This document shows, piece by piece, positions 14,701 through 26,691 of a stretch of 64,000 nucleotides of DNA. A program made the position numbers and the translations under genes. How positions within the stretch are numbered: position 1 is the stretch's first letter; every line of letters starts with the position of its first letter. The notes under the pieces were generated by a model. The model had not been told where the DNA came from. It did not search any database and saw only the letters and a list, made by a program, of their open reading frames with translations. Source of the stretch: Balanoglossus misakiensis (lineage: Eukaryota; Animalia; Hemichordata); contig CM082595.2 of the NCBI GenBank assembly GCA_040954595.2, positions 6,226,137-6,290,136 on the forward strand, written 5' to 3'.

Positions 14701-17700
14701 CAACATGACCTGCCTTAAGTACCATCTGATGTGAAATCCATTCTGGATAACACTGTGTTTGCATTCAAGGGGACCTCAATCACACAAAATTAAATTAATT
14801 TCATGCATTCTTGCTACTTACCTTGTAAAATCATGTCTAATTCAAAATTAATTCTTGCTACTTACCTTGTAAAATCATCAGTCTAATTCAAACTTAACAA
14901 ATTGGTCAATAATGCAATCATTATTTTTCAAAAGCCATTATGCTGCATCTATTATTGAAAAATATAGCTCAGCACATTAACTTACTTGTTTCGAATTTCC
15001 ATTTTATCTTCCCAGTTTTTGCCTCTAATGCATACATATGACTGTCTTCGGCGCCAAAGTAAATCATTTTGTCACGCGCGTCAACTTTCTCATAAAGTAT
15101 TACTTTGCTTCCCGGCTTGTCGGGTTTCTTCCAAGTTCTTTCTTCTGGTTCGAATTCTATGTTATCTTTCTTGCTGTATTTGGAGTGTTTCCCTTCAAAG
15201 CATTCTTCATCATCGTCTTCGCAAGAGCCGGTTCCCGCACCCTCGCCGCTTACAAATTCACCTCTCTTCACCCTGTAGTCGGAGATAAAGCGCACCACAT
15301 CATGCAGCATGAACTGGCCAGGGTGCTTGGCCTCGAATCGGTCCATGTCAGCGTCGAGTTTGTCCAGGTCGATTTCCGGGTTGAGTTCGATGTCATTCAT
15401 TTCTTCAGCGTTGAGCAGGACTTCGAGAGACTGGAAGTTGGTCAGAATGTGGTCGTCGCTGCTGGACGACGTCAGGACCACGACGTCCTGATAGATCGCC
15501 CATCGCAGGACAACGTTTGCAGGAGTGCGTTGTTGATTGTACGCCACTGACTGAATTAACGGGTTTTCCAGGATAGGATTTACACTTATGTACATGTTGA
15601 AGGTCCACTGGCGGCCAAGGGGACTGTATGCTATGTACTGAATATTATGCTGCTTGCAGAACTGGCGAATTTCAGTGTCCCGGTGGTAAATATCCATCCA
15701 GTTTTGCACGATGGAAATCGGGGCCTTTGTGAAACTCAGCAGTTCGTTCAACTGCGTGATGTCGAAGTTACTGACACCGAGACTACGGATTATTCCGTCC
15801 TTCTGCAACTTTTCCAGAGCCCTCCACGAGTCATGCCAGGTGCCTTCCGGACCCTCCGGATCGCACGTCAGCAGGAAATCATCGCAGTCAGCAGCATGGA
15901 TCAGGAAGACATCGATATAGTCGGTCTGCAGTTTCTTCAGACTTTCCTCCACTGATTTTAACGTGGAACTATAGCCGTGGTTCTTTGGATGGAGCTTATC
16001 AACGATGATGATTTCGGATCGCGGCAACCCGGACTCCTTAATTGCTTTCGCTAAAATTTCCTCCGAGTCAGGATAACCCTGCGCCGTGTCAAACATTCTG
16101 AAAATTGAAAGAAGTCAACCCAACGTTAAAGGAAATACTCCAAAAACATTTTTTGGCATTTTAGGGATTAGATGGTTGGACATTTTTGTGTCATAATGTG
16201 AAGATCAATCCCATCACATCAGCAAACTTCACACATCCACTTAAAATTCAATTTGGTAATCCATTCAGAGAGGTTTCATTGTTTTTCACAATTAATTATA
16301 ACAGTCTTTATTTTTTATCTGCATATGGCCATTATTACAAATAATTGCAGTTAATTACATTGGATGCTTAATTACCAATAATCTTATAACAATGCCCCCA
16401 AATTATAACCATCAATAAGGTGCAATTATGGTGATTTAGATTAAATGGATCAATTCTTGTGGAATTTGATATAGAGTTCATCCCTTTCTGTACATAAATA
16501 AGAGGAATAAATAGCTTTTATTCCCCCAATTTTAACCACCCTTTTCCTCCTTTAGAGAAATCATGCCAAACCCTTCTAAGAAACACATATAATGAACAAA
16601 TGATCAAATAAATGAATGAACAAATGATTGAATTGCATAAATGAATAAATGAATAATAAACAATTCATAAAACAGCAACAACCAAAAGGATAATACACAC
16701 AGATGACCACACAAAAAGATGGGACCTAAAACCTGCACAATATAGTTCATTGGAGACCAACACCATAATTATAAAATAAATTTACAAAATGGACAGGAAA
16801 ATATCACAATGTTCACGTGCATCCCAGTTTGGCAAGCCCATATGGTAGATAACTTAATCAAATTCTATTTTTGTATTGCGAATACATCCGATATGACGGC
16901 ACAGCTGCAGGTGGTAAGATTGAAAGCACACTTGAGAACCATTTTCCCCAATCCACTTAAGTCAATCTGCTCAGAAGGTTTTCTCCGCTATCTGTGATCT
17001 ATTACCCAGATATGAAACAAATGTTCCGGTGAAAATTATGCCCTGTGTGGAATTGTGAATACATATGTACACACTTGCTGGAGAAGCTTTCATCTCATAT
17101 TCCTATCTTTTCGTTCGACACAGTGATAGGTTACAAGTTTTGTAATGATTACAGTGGTATGATTTATTTTGAATTTTTACTTATAGATATCATTGGGCGT
17201 ACCTGTAGCCTACTTCCAGAGCTCTTTTGACCGCTTTGTAGGTCTTGGAATCCAATAATCCGGTTCCAAATCCTAACACTGGAACTAAATATAAAGAGCA
17301 CAGATTGACATTAGAAAGTGGGTTTATGATTATCCTGGACCCAAAAACAAAAAAGCAGTGTAAGTTGTAAATATTGTCAAATATTAATTATTTGAAAAGT
17401 GCAAATTTAATTATGTGAATTTTGCAATTTTTCTACCCCAGAAAATGTGTACTTTAGTTTTATGCTCATAACATACATACATACATACATACAATAATAC
17501 ATACATACATGCATGCATATATATATACATCGCCCACATGCAACAGTAATACAAGGTTAAACCCTTGTCAATACATGGCCCTATCTTGTGAATTACCTTT
17601 TTCCTTCTTTAAGAATTCTTTCATTATTTATGATAAATTTTCAGGAGCAAAAAGTCCCTTGCCATGAAATCCTCACATCGATATTTAAAAATTCATAATG

Positions 17701-20700
17701 TTTCAAGGCAGAATTGACTAATCAATGTAAAGTATGATTGACGCAACTCCCCTGAAAGAAGACAGATATCTGGTGTATGTCAACATTCAGTTGGAGATGT
17801 TTTCATCCCTGCAGAGATGAATTAATGGCTGCCTGAGAGACCGACATCATCGCTGAGATTATTCTAATTCACATGGCCGACGTAATTACGAGAAATGACG
17901 ACAGGGATGAAAGGAAAAAACCCTGGAGATACCACTCGGTAGGATCTTTGATTAATATCACCATGGAAACTGAGATAGAGGTAGATTAACATTGCCACGG
18001 AAACTGAGATTATCACAGAAGAGCAGCTGCATGAGAACACGCACATTTCCAGTAAGAAGATTCTGTTTTGATAATGAAAGCCAAAGACACTTTTATAAAG
18101 AGAAGAAAATATGAGTTAACACTTATGCGAGCGATTTAACTTGATCAAATGCTACATGACAGGAGACATGCAAGTGTGGTATACATTAAAGTGTACCTAC
18201 ACAGATGCAAGTATATGTGTCCCACAATGCCACTGCCCTTGGGTTTGAGTGACTTTATGCAACATTTTCTTTAAAAAGGTCCATCGGCTATTATTAAAGG
18301 TATACGGTCACCTATGGAAAATTGGCTAGAGTTACCATGGCAAATTGAGATCTAGCCAATCACAGATTCTCAGTGGGTGGGCACACGCGAAAAAAAAGAG
18401 CGTAGCCATATGTTCTTTAGAACACTCAAATACACCATTTCTGACATATATGGGCGTATGTAAATTGGAGGTGACTGTATACCTTTAACTTTCTGGGTTT
18501 TTTTTCAATCTATTTCATCTGTATATCAACTATACACTTTCTTGTTCTTCTCCCCATAACATGCTAAACTACCAGCTTTCTGATTGTTAAACATATGTGT
18601 TACAACCATTGCTATTTTTGAAGAAAAAAAATGAATTCAGGCCTGGCCTCAATTCAACAGTTAACAACCGCGCCTGATGGACCTTTAATAAAAGTTTAAA
18701 TTTCATTACACAACTTTATATTATTTTTACTTATTATTTTTTTACTATTGTCATAAAAAAATGTCATATCCACAGTGGGTTTCTGGTAGTTCACTGAAAG
18801 TTCATCAAAGGTCAGCACAATTACAAAGGATAAAAGTGTGTAAAACTTGAATAGTTCAACCTACTCGTGTATCCTGTATTGAGTAGTTTATCTGCCGGTT
18901 GCTGTATCATGACGTTTGCGTTCTGTGTCTCGTTGGCATTGTTCTCTCTCAGAACAGTGGACAGCTTCTTGTTCTTGGCCCTTTTCTTGCACTGGATTTT
19001 CTCTGGCTGCTGCTGGATGTAGTCTAAGTACAGGTTGACGCTCTCTTCTACCTGCACGTCCGGGTCTATGTCCGCTTGGTCTAGCGCTTCGTCGTGGTCG
19101 AACACGTAGAACCACATGCTGATTGCGATGTTGGGCGACCCGTAGGAGCGCACCTACAGGACGTATACTGCACGTATTTAGCTTCACTTGATTATAAGGT
19201 CATTAATCAGGAAATTTGTTCTTTAATCCATCACTCAACAAGCACACTATATACATGACAAATCAGTGTTCTCCCCAGGATTTTGGAACAGCGTGGTGGC
19301 TAATTTGCATAACAATATATGCAATTGTTATGTGCTCTATTGTCTTCTCAAAATTAAAGAGTGGTGGCCACCATGCTTTAATTGCTCTGGGGAGAACAAT
19401 GCGATGTACATACATACAGACAGCGGTAACCACCACATTTGGGGAAGGGAGAAGTAATCTGAGGTAAAACGCTGTGCTGTGTTCAAGCATACAACAAAAC
19501 AGTCATGCCTAGGTCTTGAACCCACAATTCATTTTTTTTAGTTTGTTATCCCAGGCCACTGGACCATAATGCCTCTTCTGTAGTTTTCATCACAGTAGTG
19601 CTGTGATGACGATGACAGTTGTAGAAGTAGATCAAGGGATGGGCACTTCATCTGGAAATGGCCCTTACCGGTAGGCAGTACGGTAGCACAAATTATGCTA
19701 TGCCAACTGCAGATCTTACCTGATGCCACCAGAACATAGGTACGTACAACTGATCGCCCGCTTCGATTTCTACCTCGTAGTAGTCAAGATCGGCCATCTT
19801 GGGGAATTTCAGAAGATCGACTTTTTCCGGCACGATAGGCGAAAGTCCCGGCAGGGTAGTGAAACTGTTGGCATACGCTTTGTCGCTGTCCCTGGGGTGG
19901 GCCAGGAGGAAGATTTTGCGACCGGAGAGAACGGTGATGATGTTTTCGTAACCGTCGTGGTGGAACACATAGCTGGTGTTGCCCGAGCTGAAGAGCAGAC
20001 TTGCCGCGTCAATCTGAGGGTTGACGTAAAGTAAAGAAGAGAAACTGAGGATGTTAAACCTGTATGAGTTTTAGTACTTCATTTCTTCAGATAGTGGATA
20101 CTGGAAAACTTGTACAGCGAGTATCACTGTCACAAGTGTGCAAAACCAGCAGAAGTCATCATGTTTTATAAATCTGAGGCCTACAGCCTCAGTTGCTGGT
20201 CCACTTTCGAATTAGCTAAGTCCAGAGTAGCTTTACGAAGACATTCTATAGATATCTATAGAATATTGTATAGCCTACATGTCAGATAGGCCTCAGTTGC
20301 TGGTCCACTTTCGAATTAGCTAAGTCCAGAGTTGCCGTACGAAAACATTCTATAGATATCTATAGAATTGTATAGCCTAATGGATTTCATAGAATTTTAT
20401 TGAACTTCTATGGACATCTTCAGATTTCAACGTAGTTTAGGACGCTTAATTAGCTAAGTCCAGAGTGGCCTTACGAAAACATTCTATAGATATCTATAGA
20501 ATTCTATAGCCTAATGGATTTCATAGAATTTTATCGAATTTCTATGGACATCTTCAGATTTTGATGTAGTTTCGGACCCTTTTTCTACTGAATTCTATAG
20601 AAGCATCAAAATCTATAGAATGCTATAGAACTCTAGAACATGTTTTGTACTGGAGACCCTACCTTTGAATAAAGTTCTTCACATTCGTGAACAGCAGGAA

Positions 20701-21154
20701 TGAATGCGTCGTACAGCAATCCACTCATAGGGAAGGGAGAGTCCAGATAGATCGGCTTCTCCTTGTAAGTCTTCAGGAAATCTTTCAAATACATATTCAT
20801 TCGTGGCGGGTGCTTGTCGTCCCACACTTTCCTCAAATCCACCCGGAAAACTTCCTCGCCGAAATTCTCTCTGAGGTAGTCTTCGTCCTTCCACAGGTGT
20901 GTGGCCGGCCAGTGTTTTGCAGCCCCTTTCATAAGCAGTGGCCTGCTCGCTCGCACATAGTTTGTGTAGAAGTCTTCCCCGCTCGGTGGCGTGTCCACAA
21001 CATCAATGACCCCTTTGATTGGCGGTTTGTGGGCGCCGAAAGGCTGAAGGTGGCCCCGCGGAAAAACCACATGTCCACTAGTACTGTCCTCATTTGCATA
21101 TGAAAATATGCACAGATGAAGGAGTAGGCAGACCGCTTCACGTAAGATTAGCAT
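8753..21154 (-). CDS. Secretory-pathway fusion protein: signal peptide + JmjC 2OG/Fe(II) oxygenase + aldo-keto reductase + 8-blade PQQ/BamB-like beta-propeller (~1072 aa, 10 coding exons)
   Basis: Exons 20663-21154, 19720-20013, 18865-19153, 17203-17284, 14986-16097, 13114-13242, 10603-10839, 10031-10240, 9683-9844, 8753-8964 total 3219 nt, all GT-AG and in phase. JmjC: FHHDGYEN...GDQLYVPMFWWHQV. AKR: LNTGYT/IPVLGFGT, DTAQGY, VDKL, LIH, LGVSNF, AYSPLG. Propeller: repeated SSP...YFG..DG..YAL...G...W units. Confidence 0.9.
9446..9637. mobile_element. MITE family A (TTAA target, AGG...CCT termini; Kolobok-like non-autonomous)
   Basis: ttaa|aggtatacggtcaac...ggtgactgtaccaggtatacct|ttaa; near-identical copies elsewhere in the window. 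Confidence 0.85.
10940..11112. repeat. Dispersed 'tctataga'-rich repeat, reverse-complement relative of 20460-20640
   Basis: gtaggctatagaattctaaagatgtc...agaatgttt mirrors aaaacattctatagatatctatagaattctatagccta. Confidence 0.6.
11251..11305 (-). promoter_or_regulatory. Two tandem CTCF-consensus motifs
   Basis: gctgccctctagtgg (reverse: CCACTAGAGGGCAGC) at 11251-11265 and 11291-11305, inside a ~40-bp tandem duplication. Confidence 0.5.
11915..12062. mobile_element. MITE family B, internally deleted copy
   Basis: ttaa|agggacaaagtc...gactttgtccct termini shared with the longer copies at 31696 and 59699. Confidence 0.8.
14385..14568. mobile_element. MITE family A
   Basis: ttaa|aggtatacggtcacc...ggtgactgtttacct|ttaa. 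Confidence 0.88.
14807..14892. repeat. ~45-bp tandem duplication
   Basis: attcttgctacttaccttgtaaaatcat(ca)gtctaattcaaa occurs twice. Confidence 0.8.
18298..18484. mobile_element. MITE family A
   Basis: ttaa|aggtatacggtcacc...ggtgactgtatacct|ttaa. Confidence 0.88.
19264..19401. mobile_element. MITE family E (cagtgttctccccag TIR, possibly hAT-derived)
   Basis: TIR cagtgttctccccag...ctggggagaacaatg; inverted copy at 26042-26186. Confidence 0.7.
20186..20640. repeat. Degenerate tandem repeat (3 partial units, tctataga-rich)
   Basis: aattagctaagtccagagt...acattctatagatatctatagaat recurs at ~20211, ~20314 and ~20448. Confidence 0.8.
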
Positions 21155-23072
21155 CCTGCTGAAAAGTTGTTGTAAACTTACTTTAAGGAAAGCATTGGTC
21201 CAAATCTGGGGGAGGGGAGAAAAGATTTTATTACACCTTCAGAGATCATGTTTATACGTACAAAAACACATATATATTGATGTTTTGAAAATACAATTTA
21301 CGCAAAAAATGGATTTTCTACCCAAATTGAACACAAATGTATGACGTTCTTGTTAGGCACAGTGTTAGAACACAATGTGCCGTATGTCAGCGGACCGTAG
21401 TGATGGTAACCTCATGCTCCGTGCATGGTATCATCAGCAGGGAACGTTTCAATTTTGAACGTGCAATACCTTTATACCATGAAAGAAAAGATCATCACAA
21501 ACTATAAAATAATTAACACGAAAGTCGGCTGGTGATAATTAAAACACTTTAAATGGCGGTCGACCGATTAAAATGATAACTTGGAAAGCAACTGACTTGT
21601 TTTTACTTCTTAAAATCTGAAGTCACAAAAATTTAACATACTAACCCTTGCCTTGATAACAATGGGAGGTTAAAAAATCTTCCCAGAGTGTAAGCAGCTG
21701 GTACGATAAAACGAGTGTCGGACAACTTTGGCTGAAGGGGTTTTAATTGAATGCAACCCAGGTGGCACAGTGGCAGACTAAACAACTGAGAAGAACACAG
21801 AGATCCATGTCACAATGCAAAAATCGACAAAGGTCATTTATTCACACAATCAGCAACAAAAACGCCAATATGCTCAGAGTCAACCAAAGCCTAGCATAAA
21901 ACATACATGTAGCTCACCAGACATATTCACAAATGCTCTACTACCAGTATGATATTTTTAAAATTCAAATTTTCACACTTTTTATTTATAACCTCTATAT
22001 ATACCCGTTTTATCTATGACATGTAGGGCTCTCTAAATACATTAAAGCTATCAATTCTCATACATCTATATTAATCAAAAGATCTAGAATTTACAGGAAA
22101 TTTATCATTCAACAAAATCAACATGGATATTTTGTTAGCAAACCACTGTCCAATAAGTACATGTTCTGTGAACATATCAAGTGACCACTTTCAATCATTT
22201 AATGTCCCTTTTTTCTAATTGCTGTGGTTTACTGATTCTCATGTTACCTCACCTCTACATATATGTCAATTACAGACCCTTTGCATATAGCAAGCACTTT
22301 GTGTATATGAAATTTGAGAAATGTTATACCTCCTTTAATTTTAGAGAAACAACAGCTGGTCAACAGGAATAGTTTACCTTCACCTTCATATACAACCACT
22401 ATTTTACATGCTCCCTTGCCATATATGACAAGGCTAACCTAGCACATTTACATATGTGAATTAGCATCCGTCTAAATTTTAGGTCGGCCCTGACCCCCCC
22501 CCCCCCCCCCCCCCCTTCCTACCAGGACCAAACTATTAATCTCCACTAGTCCGACGCAGCTATTCACATTGGTTATTTTTACACCGGCCCCAGACCAGCA
22601 TCGGTGCTACACCGCTGTAAACTTTCAGTCTGAATCCCTTAATTAATATTAAATATACAGTTACACCAGAGTCAATCTGAGTACATGTAATTCTATCTTT
22701 CCCGTTTGATAATCTCAGATTTAGGCTATGGTTGCTTGGTGTTATACCCGGTACATCATATGCTCATCAAGGCATAGACCTGATCTGAAATTACAGCGAA
22801 CAAGAGCGTACAGGTTGCAAGTAAATCTTTAGGTTTCCCTCCAACAAGTCGCAGGAAATTTTCTTGTTCAAATACACTCAGAAAAATGTTTACGTTACAA
22901 ACATTTAGTTCATGCAAATATCCTGCACTGGACTGATCAACCATTTTTCAAGTTATAGATGTTTTAGATTCTGGATTGTGCTGGCTCCATACATCCTACA
23001 TCCTCAAATGTCAAATTAAAATGGCTGTGCATCGATCTTGAATATTCTGAAGAATCTGACTCAAACTGTTAA

Positions 23073-23257
23073 AGGTATACGGTCACCTCCAATTTACATA
23101 CGCCCATATATGTCAGAAATGGTGTATTCGAGTGTTCTAAAGAACAATAGGTGGCGCCCTTTTTTTCGCGTGGGCCACCCACTGAAAATCTGTGATTGGC
23201 TAGATCTTTGTTTGCCATGGTAACTGTGGCCAAATTACCATAGGTGACCGTATACCT
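23073..23257. mobile_element. MITE family A, opposite orientation
   Basis: ttaa|aggtatacggtcacctcc...ggtgaccgtatacct|ttaa. Confidence 0.88.
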
Positions 23258-24085
23258 TTAAATTGAATACATGAATTTGCACATTTCTCAAAACACAGTG
23301 TTTATCATTTGCTAAATTCACTAAACTCTTCACGGCAAGATTTATGAGTCTAGACTAAGCCTTTACCAAAATGCGTGGGCTAGAACTCACTTTTCAAAAT
23401 TTACGGCATACAAATTGATCTCATCAAGGTAAACCTTACATTTCTATGGTTTAATCCATTTATGAAATTGCTTTAAAAGCCTTATAAATCATGTCAGTTT
23501 TGTCAGATAGACTTGCATTTTATGGAATTAATTGAACGTAGTCAATTGTACCACTGTACAATCCAGGAAGGTTGATAACCAAGCTAAAGTTGTTAAATCT
23601 CGAACCCAATCTCCTCACACAGCTTATTCGTATTATTTTGATCATTTTCATTTACATGCCTTGGGGACAAATTTTCAGAAAAATGACAGTTCTCCAAACC
23701 AATTCTCTGCTATATTAAAGTATGTAAAGAGTCTTGTACAAAACAAAGAAGAAAAGGCAGTTTTCATTGTCCTGTTTTCATAAAAATCACAACCAGAACT
23801 TCAAATTAATGCATCTGACAACCATCATTAGGGACATAAGTTTTTTTAAATGACTTTAATGTACAAAATGATTGCATGCCATCAGGAGTTCTCCTTAATG
23901 ATTGACAAATGGGTTCTGGCTCGGCAAACTGCACAAATCGCGCACTCTCACATCAGATGGAAATAAAAATGCAATTTTAACTATTTTACCACAAATCACG
24001 TTGCACCAAAACCCCACAAGCAGAAAAAATGAATTATTTACTGTCTCCCAAACGACGGACATGCATTCACCGCACACGTGATATA

Positions 24086-24294
24086 CTGTAAAACACTTTA
24101 TTTTCGCGAGTTAAATTTTTCGCGATATCGAGAGAGGCCACTGTTTCGCGAGTATTAATTTTCGCGTTCTCTTATTTCATTCACTGCATCGTTATCTTCA
24201 AAAAAAAATTACGCGACTTTTTATTTTCACGCTATTTTGGCTCTCGCGTATTTTGGTGAAAATTAAATGCTCGCGAAAATAAAGTGTTTTACAG
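24086..24294. mobile_element. MITE family C (TA target; Tc1/mariner-superfamily-like)
   Basis: ta|ctgtaaaacactttattttcgcgag...cgcgaaaataaagtgttttacag|ta; copies at 41120, 41734 and 62697. Confidence 0.88.
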
Positions 24295-26041
24295 TACATT
24301 CACTGCACACGTATCAGCATATATACTTGGGACATGTCTGTCTTTATCGATGGTCCCTAAGTGCATTTCATACTCTTAGTCATCCAGAGCATGCTGGGAT
24401 TATGCGCCTGATCCTATAACACTCTCGCTAATCCGCAATATCCTGTTGTTGATAGCCAGATGACATTTCCTGCTCTCAAATTGTAATTATAGCTATGGGC
24501 AGAGTCTGCACCCACTTCAAACCCAATCCCTGGAGCACATTCCATTAATTCAAAAAATAATGACCAAGTCTTGCAGCTCATTTTTACAGCTGTAGTGAGC
24601 TCTCACATACATTGCATGGATACATCACCTGTACTAAATTAGCTGCATGTTTTTCTGGAATTATCAGGTTTTGAAATTAGCTTAACCGACACATTAACAA
24701 TAGTGTACTGTACTTTGGGAATTCTTTGAATTAGTTTATCTGAACTAGTAAGATCGTTGCTCTAGCTATATTTCCAGTAATTCTGTCAGAGTACTGCAGT
24801 GATTGGTATAGGTAAAATGTAGCATTTCCACTTAGCAGTGTTACACAGCTGTACTGTTGGAGGGGGGGGGGGCTGATTACCCCCACTGAGTAAACCAACA
24901 CAAAACAACCAAACTCTTAGCTACCCCAAGCAAATATAGCATATCTCATTAGCATACAAATACTTTTAAAACAATAGCACAGTCACTTTATAAGTTATAT
25001 AAACATTACAATGACAAGTTTGAACAGTAGTGGGAATAAATGAACACTGAACCCCAAACAATTGTTTGCCCAGTGTTAGATATATGTAATTGGAATAAGG
25101 GTAGATGTCTGGTTAGCCGAAGGCAATTATTACTAATTATTATTATCATATGACTTTTTTGTTTTTCTCTCTATAAACTACTGTTCCTTGTTCTGCTAAC
25201 TCAATCCCTGGCCTTGTATCAAAAATGCCTCCCAGACGGAAATACTAAAGTAGTCATAAAAAATGATACACCGATTTGGATAAAATTGCCTATAATGATT
25301 TTCTTACAGATATTGTCCCTTTAAATATAAACTTACAAGAACACACTGGGTTGGCAACTTAGATCTAAATTAATTTGAAGATGACAAGATAGTTATTGTA
25401 ACATTAAAATAAATGCTTCTTCTGAAAAATAAGATGTAAGAATTGTCAGAAGCCTTAAAATGATGTTGGATGTTTGTTTTCGTATCAGCGTTGACATATC
25501 GATTTTTGTAGCTCTAGTTCATTTTCCTTCATCTTTGAATAATCCCCCTGAAGCAGTCACCATTATTCGATACCGCATGGGAAAGCTTCATGAGTGCGCA
25601 ATTCTCAACCTCATTAGATGACTCCGAGAAAGAAATCAGCTGCCTCTGTTGCCGTGGCAACCGCTGGATTTGTTCAGAGCTTTTTGCTTGGGCAATAATG
25701 AGTTTGATTAGACTAGCATTGTTCATATTTCGGAGCTGGGGGGTGGTTGACTTTTTCAAGGTAGTGCACTTTAACATGCAATAGATATGTTTGATTCAAC
25801 TTGTGGAGTTATGGCTATTTGATGTGTATGTGTACATCATGCAACTGTAGCCATCCAGGGTATTACAACCTCAGCCACTGGCTGCTGTGAATGGAAATAG
25901 AAGTTCTCTGGACTGCAATTTTCTATCACAGTAAAGATAAAAATTGCATAAATAAAGATGATGGTGTTTATGGGTGCAGGTCTCAAAATATCCATAAGAA
26001 GTAAATATGGCTATGATAGGAAAATACATACATACATGCAT

Positions 26042-26186
26042 CAGTGTTCTCCCCAGAGCAATTAAAGCATAGTGGCCACCACTCTTTAATTTTGAGAAGA
26101 CAATAGAACTTAATTAACATAACAATTAATTATATAGTTATGCAAATTAGCTGTCATGCTTTCCCAAAATCCCCGGGAGAACACAG
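26042..26186. mobile_element. MITE family E, inverted copy
   Basis: Reverse complement of 19264-19401; flanks catgcat/catgcac resemble a target duplication. Confidence 0.7.
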
Positions 26187-26691
26187 CATGCACTTTTACA
26201 CTTACTGTACTGTTGCATTGTGCACAATGGTTCCATACTTTATTGATATCATGTTATATAACAAACACTTAACCACAATCCACATGTGTTGACAGTGATC
26301 TTAATTAGAAAGTCAAAAACGTGAGTACCAATTCCTCGTCTAAAATGGACCAAGGGTAACTTTACTAGCATTACCAGCATAATATGCAATATAAGGAAAT
26401 TTATAAATTTTTAACAACAGCAATATAAAAGGGCCGAATCAATCAATTATTTTTTTACAACTTGCAACGTGGAGATTGTGAGTGGTGACTGTTAATTCGA
26501 AGTTCATGATATAGTTGAATTAAATTCACACACAAGTCAAGTTTCAATATGATTTTTTTTTCAACGGCAAATGAAGTCAAAAGTGAATGGCTAAGTTACT
26601 TGTGTGATCAACTATATCAATATGAACTTCGAAATGAAATCAACACAATCAATCATGCGCTACGCATCAGCCCATGACATCAGTCACTTAC

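Noticed and set aside
14986-15955. Plus-strand ORFs up to 170 aa
   Set aside because: Antisense shadows of the AKR exon with no recognisable motifs.
8753-21154. Three separate genes (JmjC, AKR, PQQ repeat)
   Set aside because: Domain junctions lie inside exons and no stop codon intervenes in the spliced frame.
23038-23223. Recurrent small ORFs with SPPIYIRPYM (also 9480-9671, 51524-51736)
   Set aside because: Translations of MITE family A copies, not a protein family.
25529-25784. Overlapping 82-aa and 64-aa ORFs
   Set aside because: No motifs or clear splice sites; within a probable intron.
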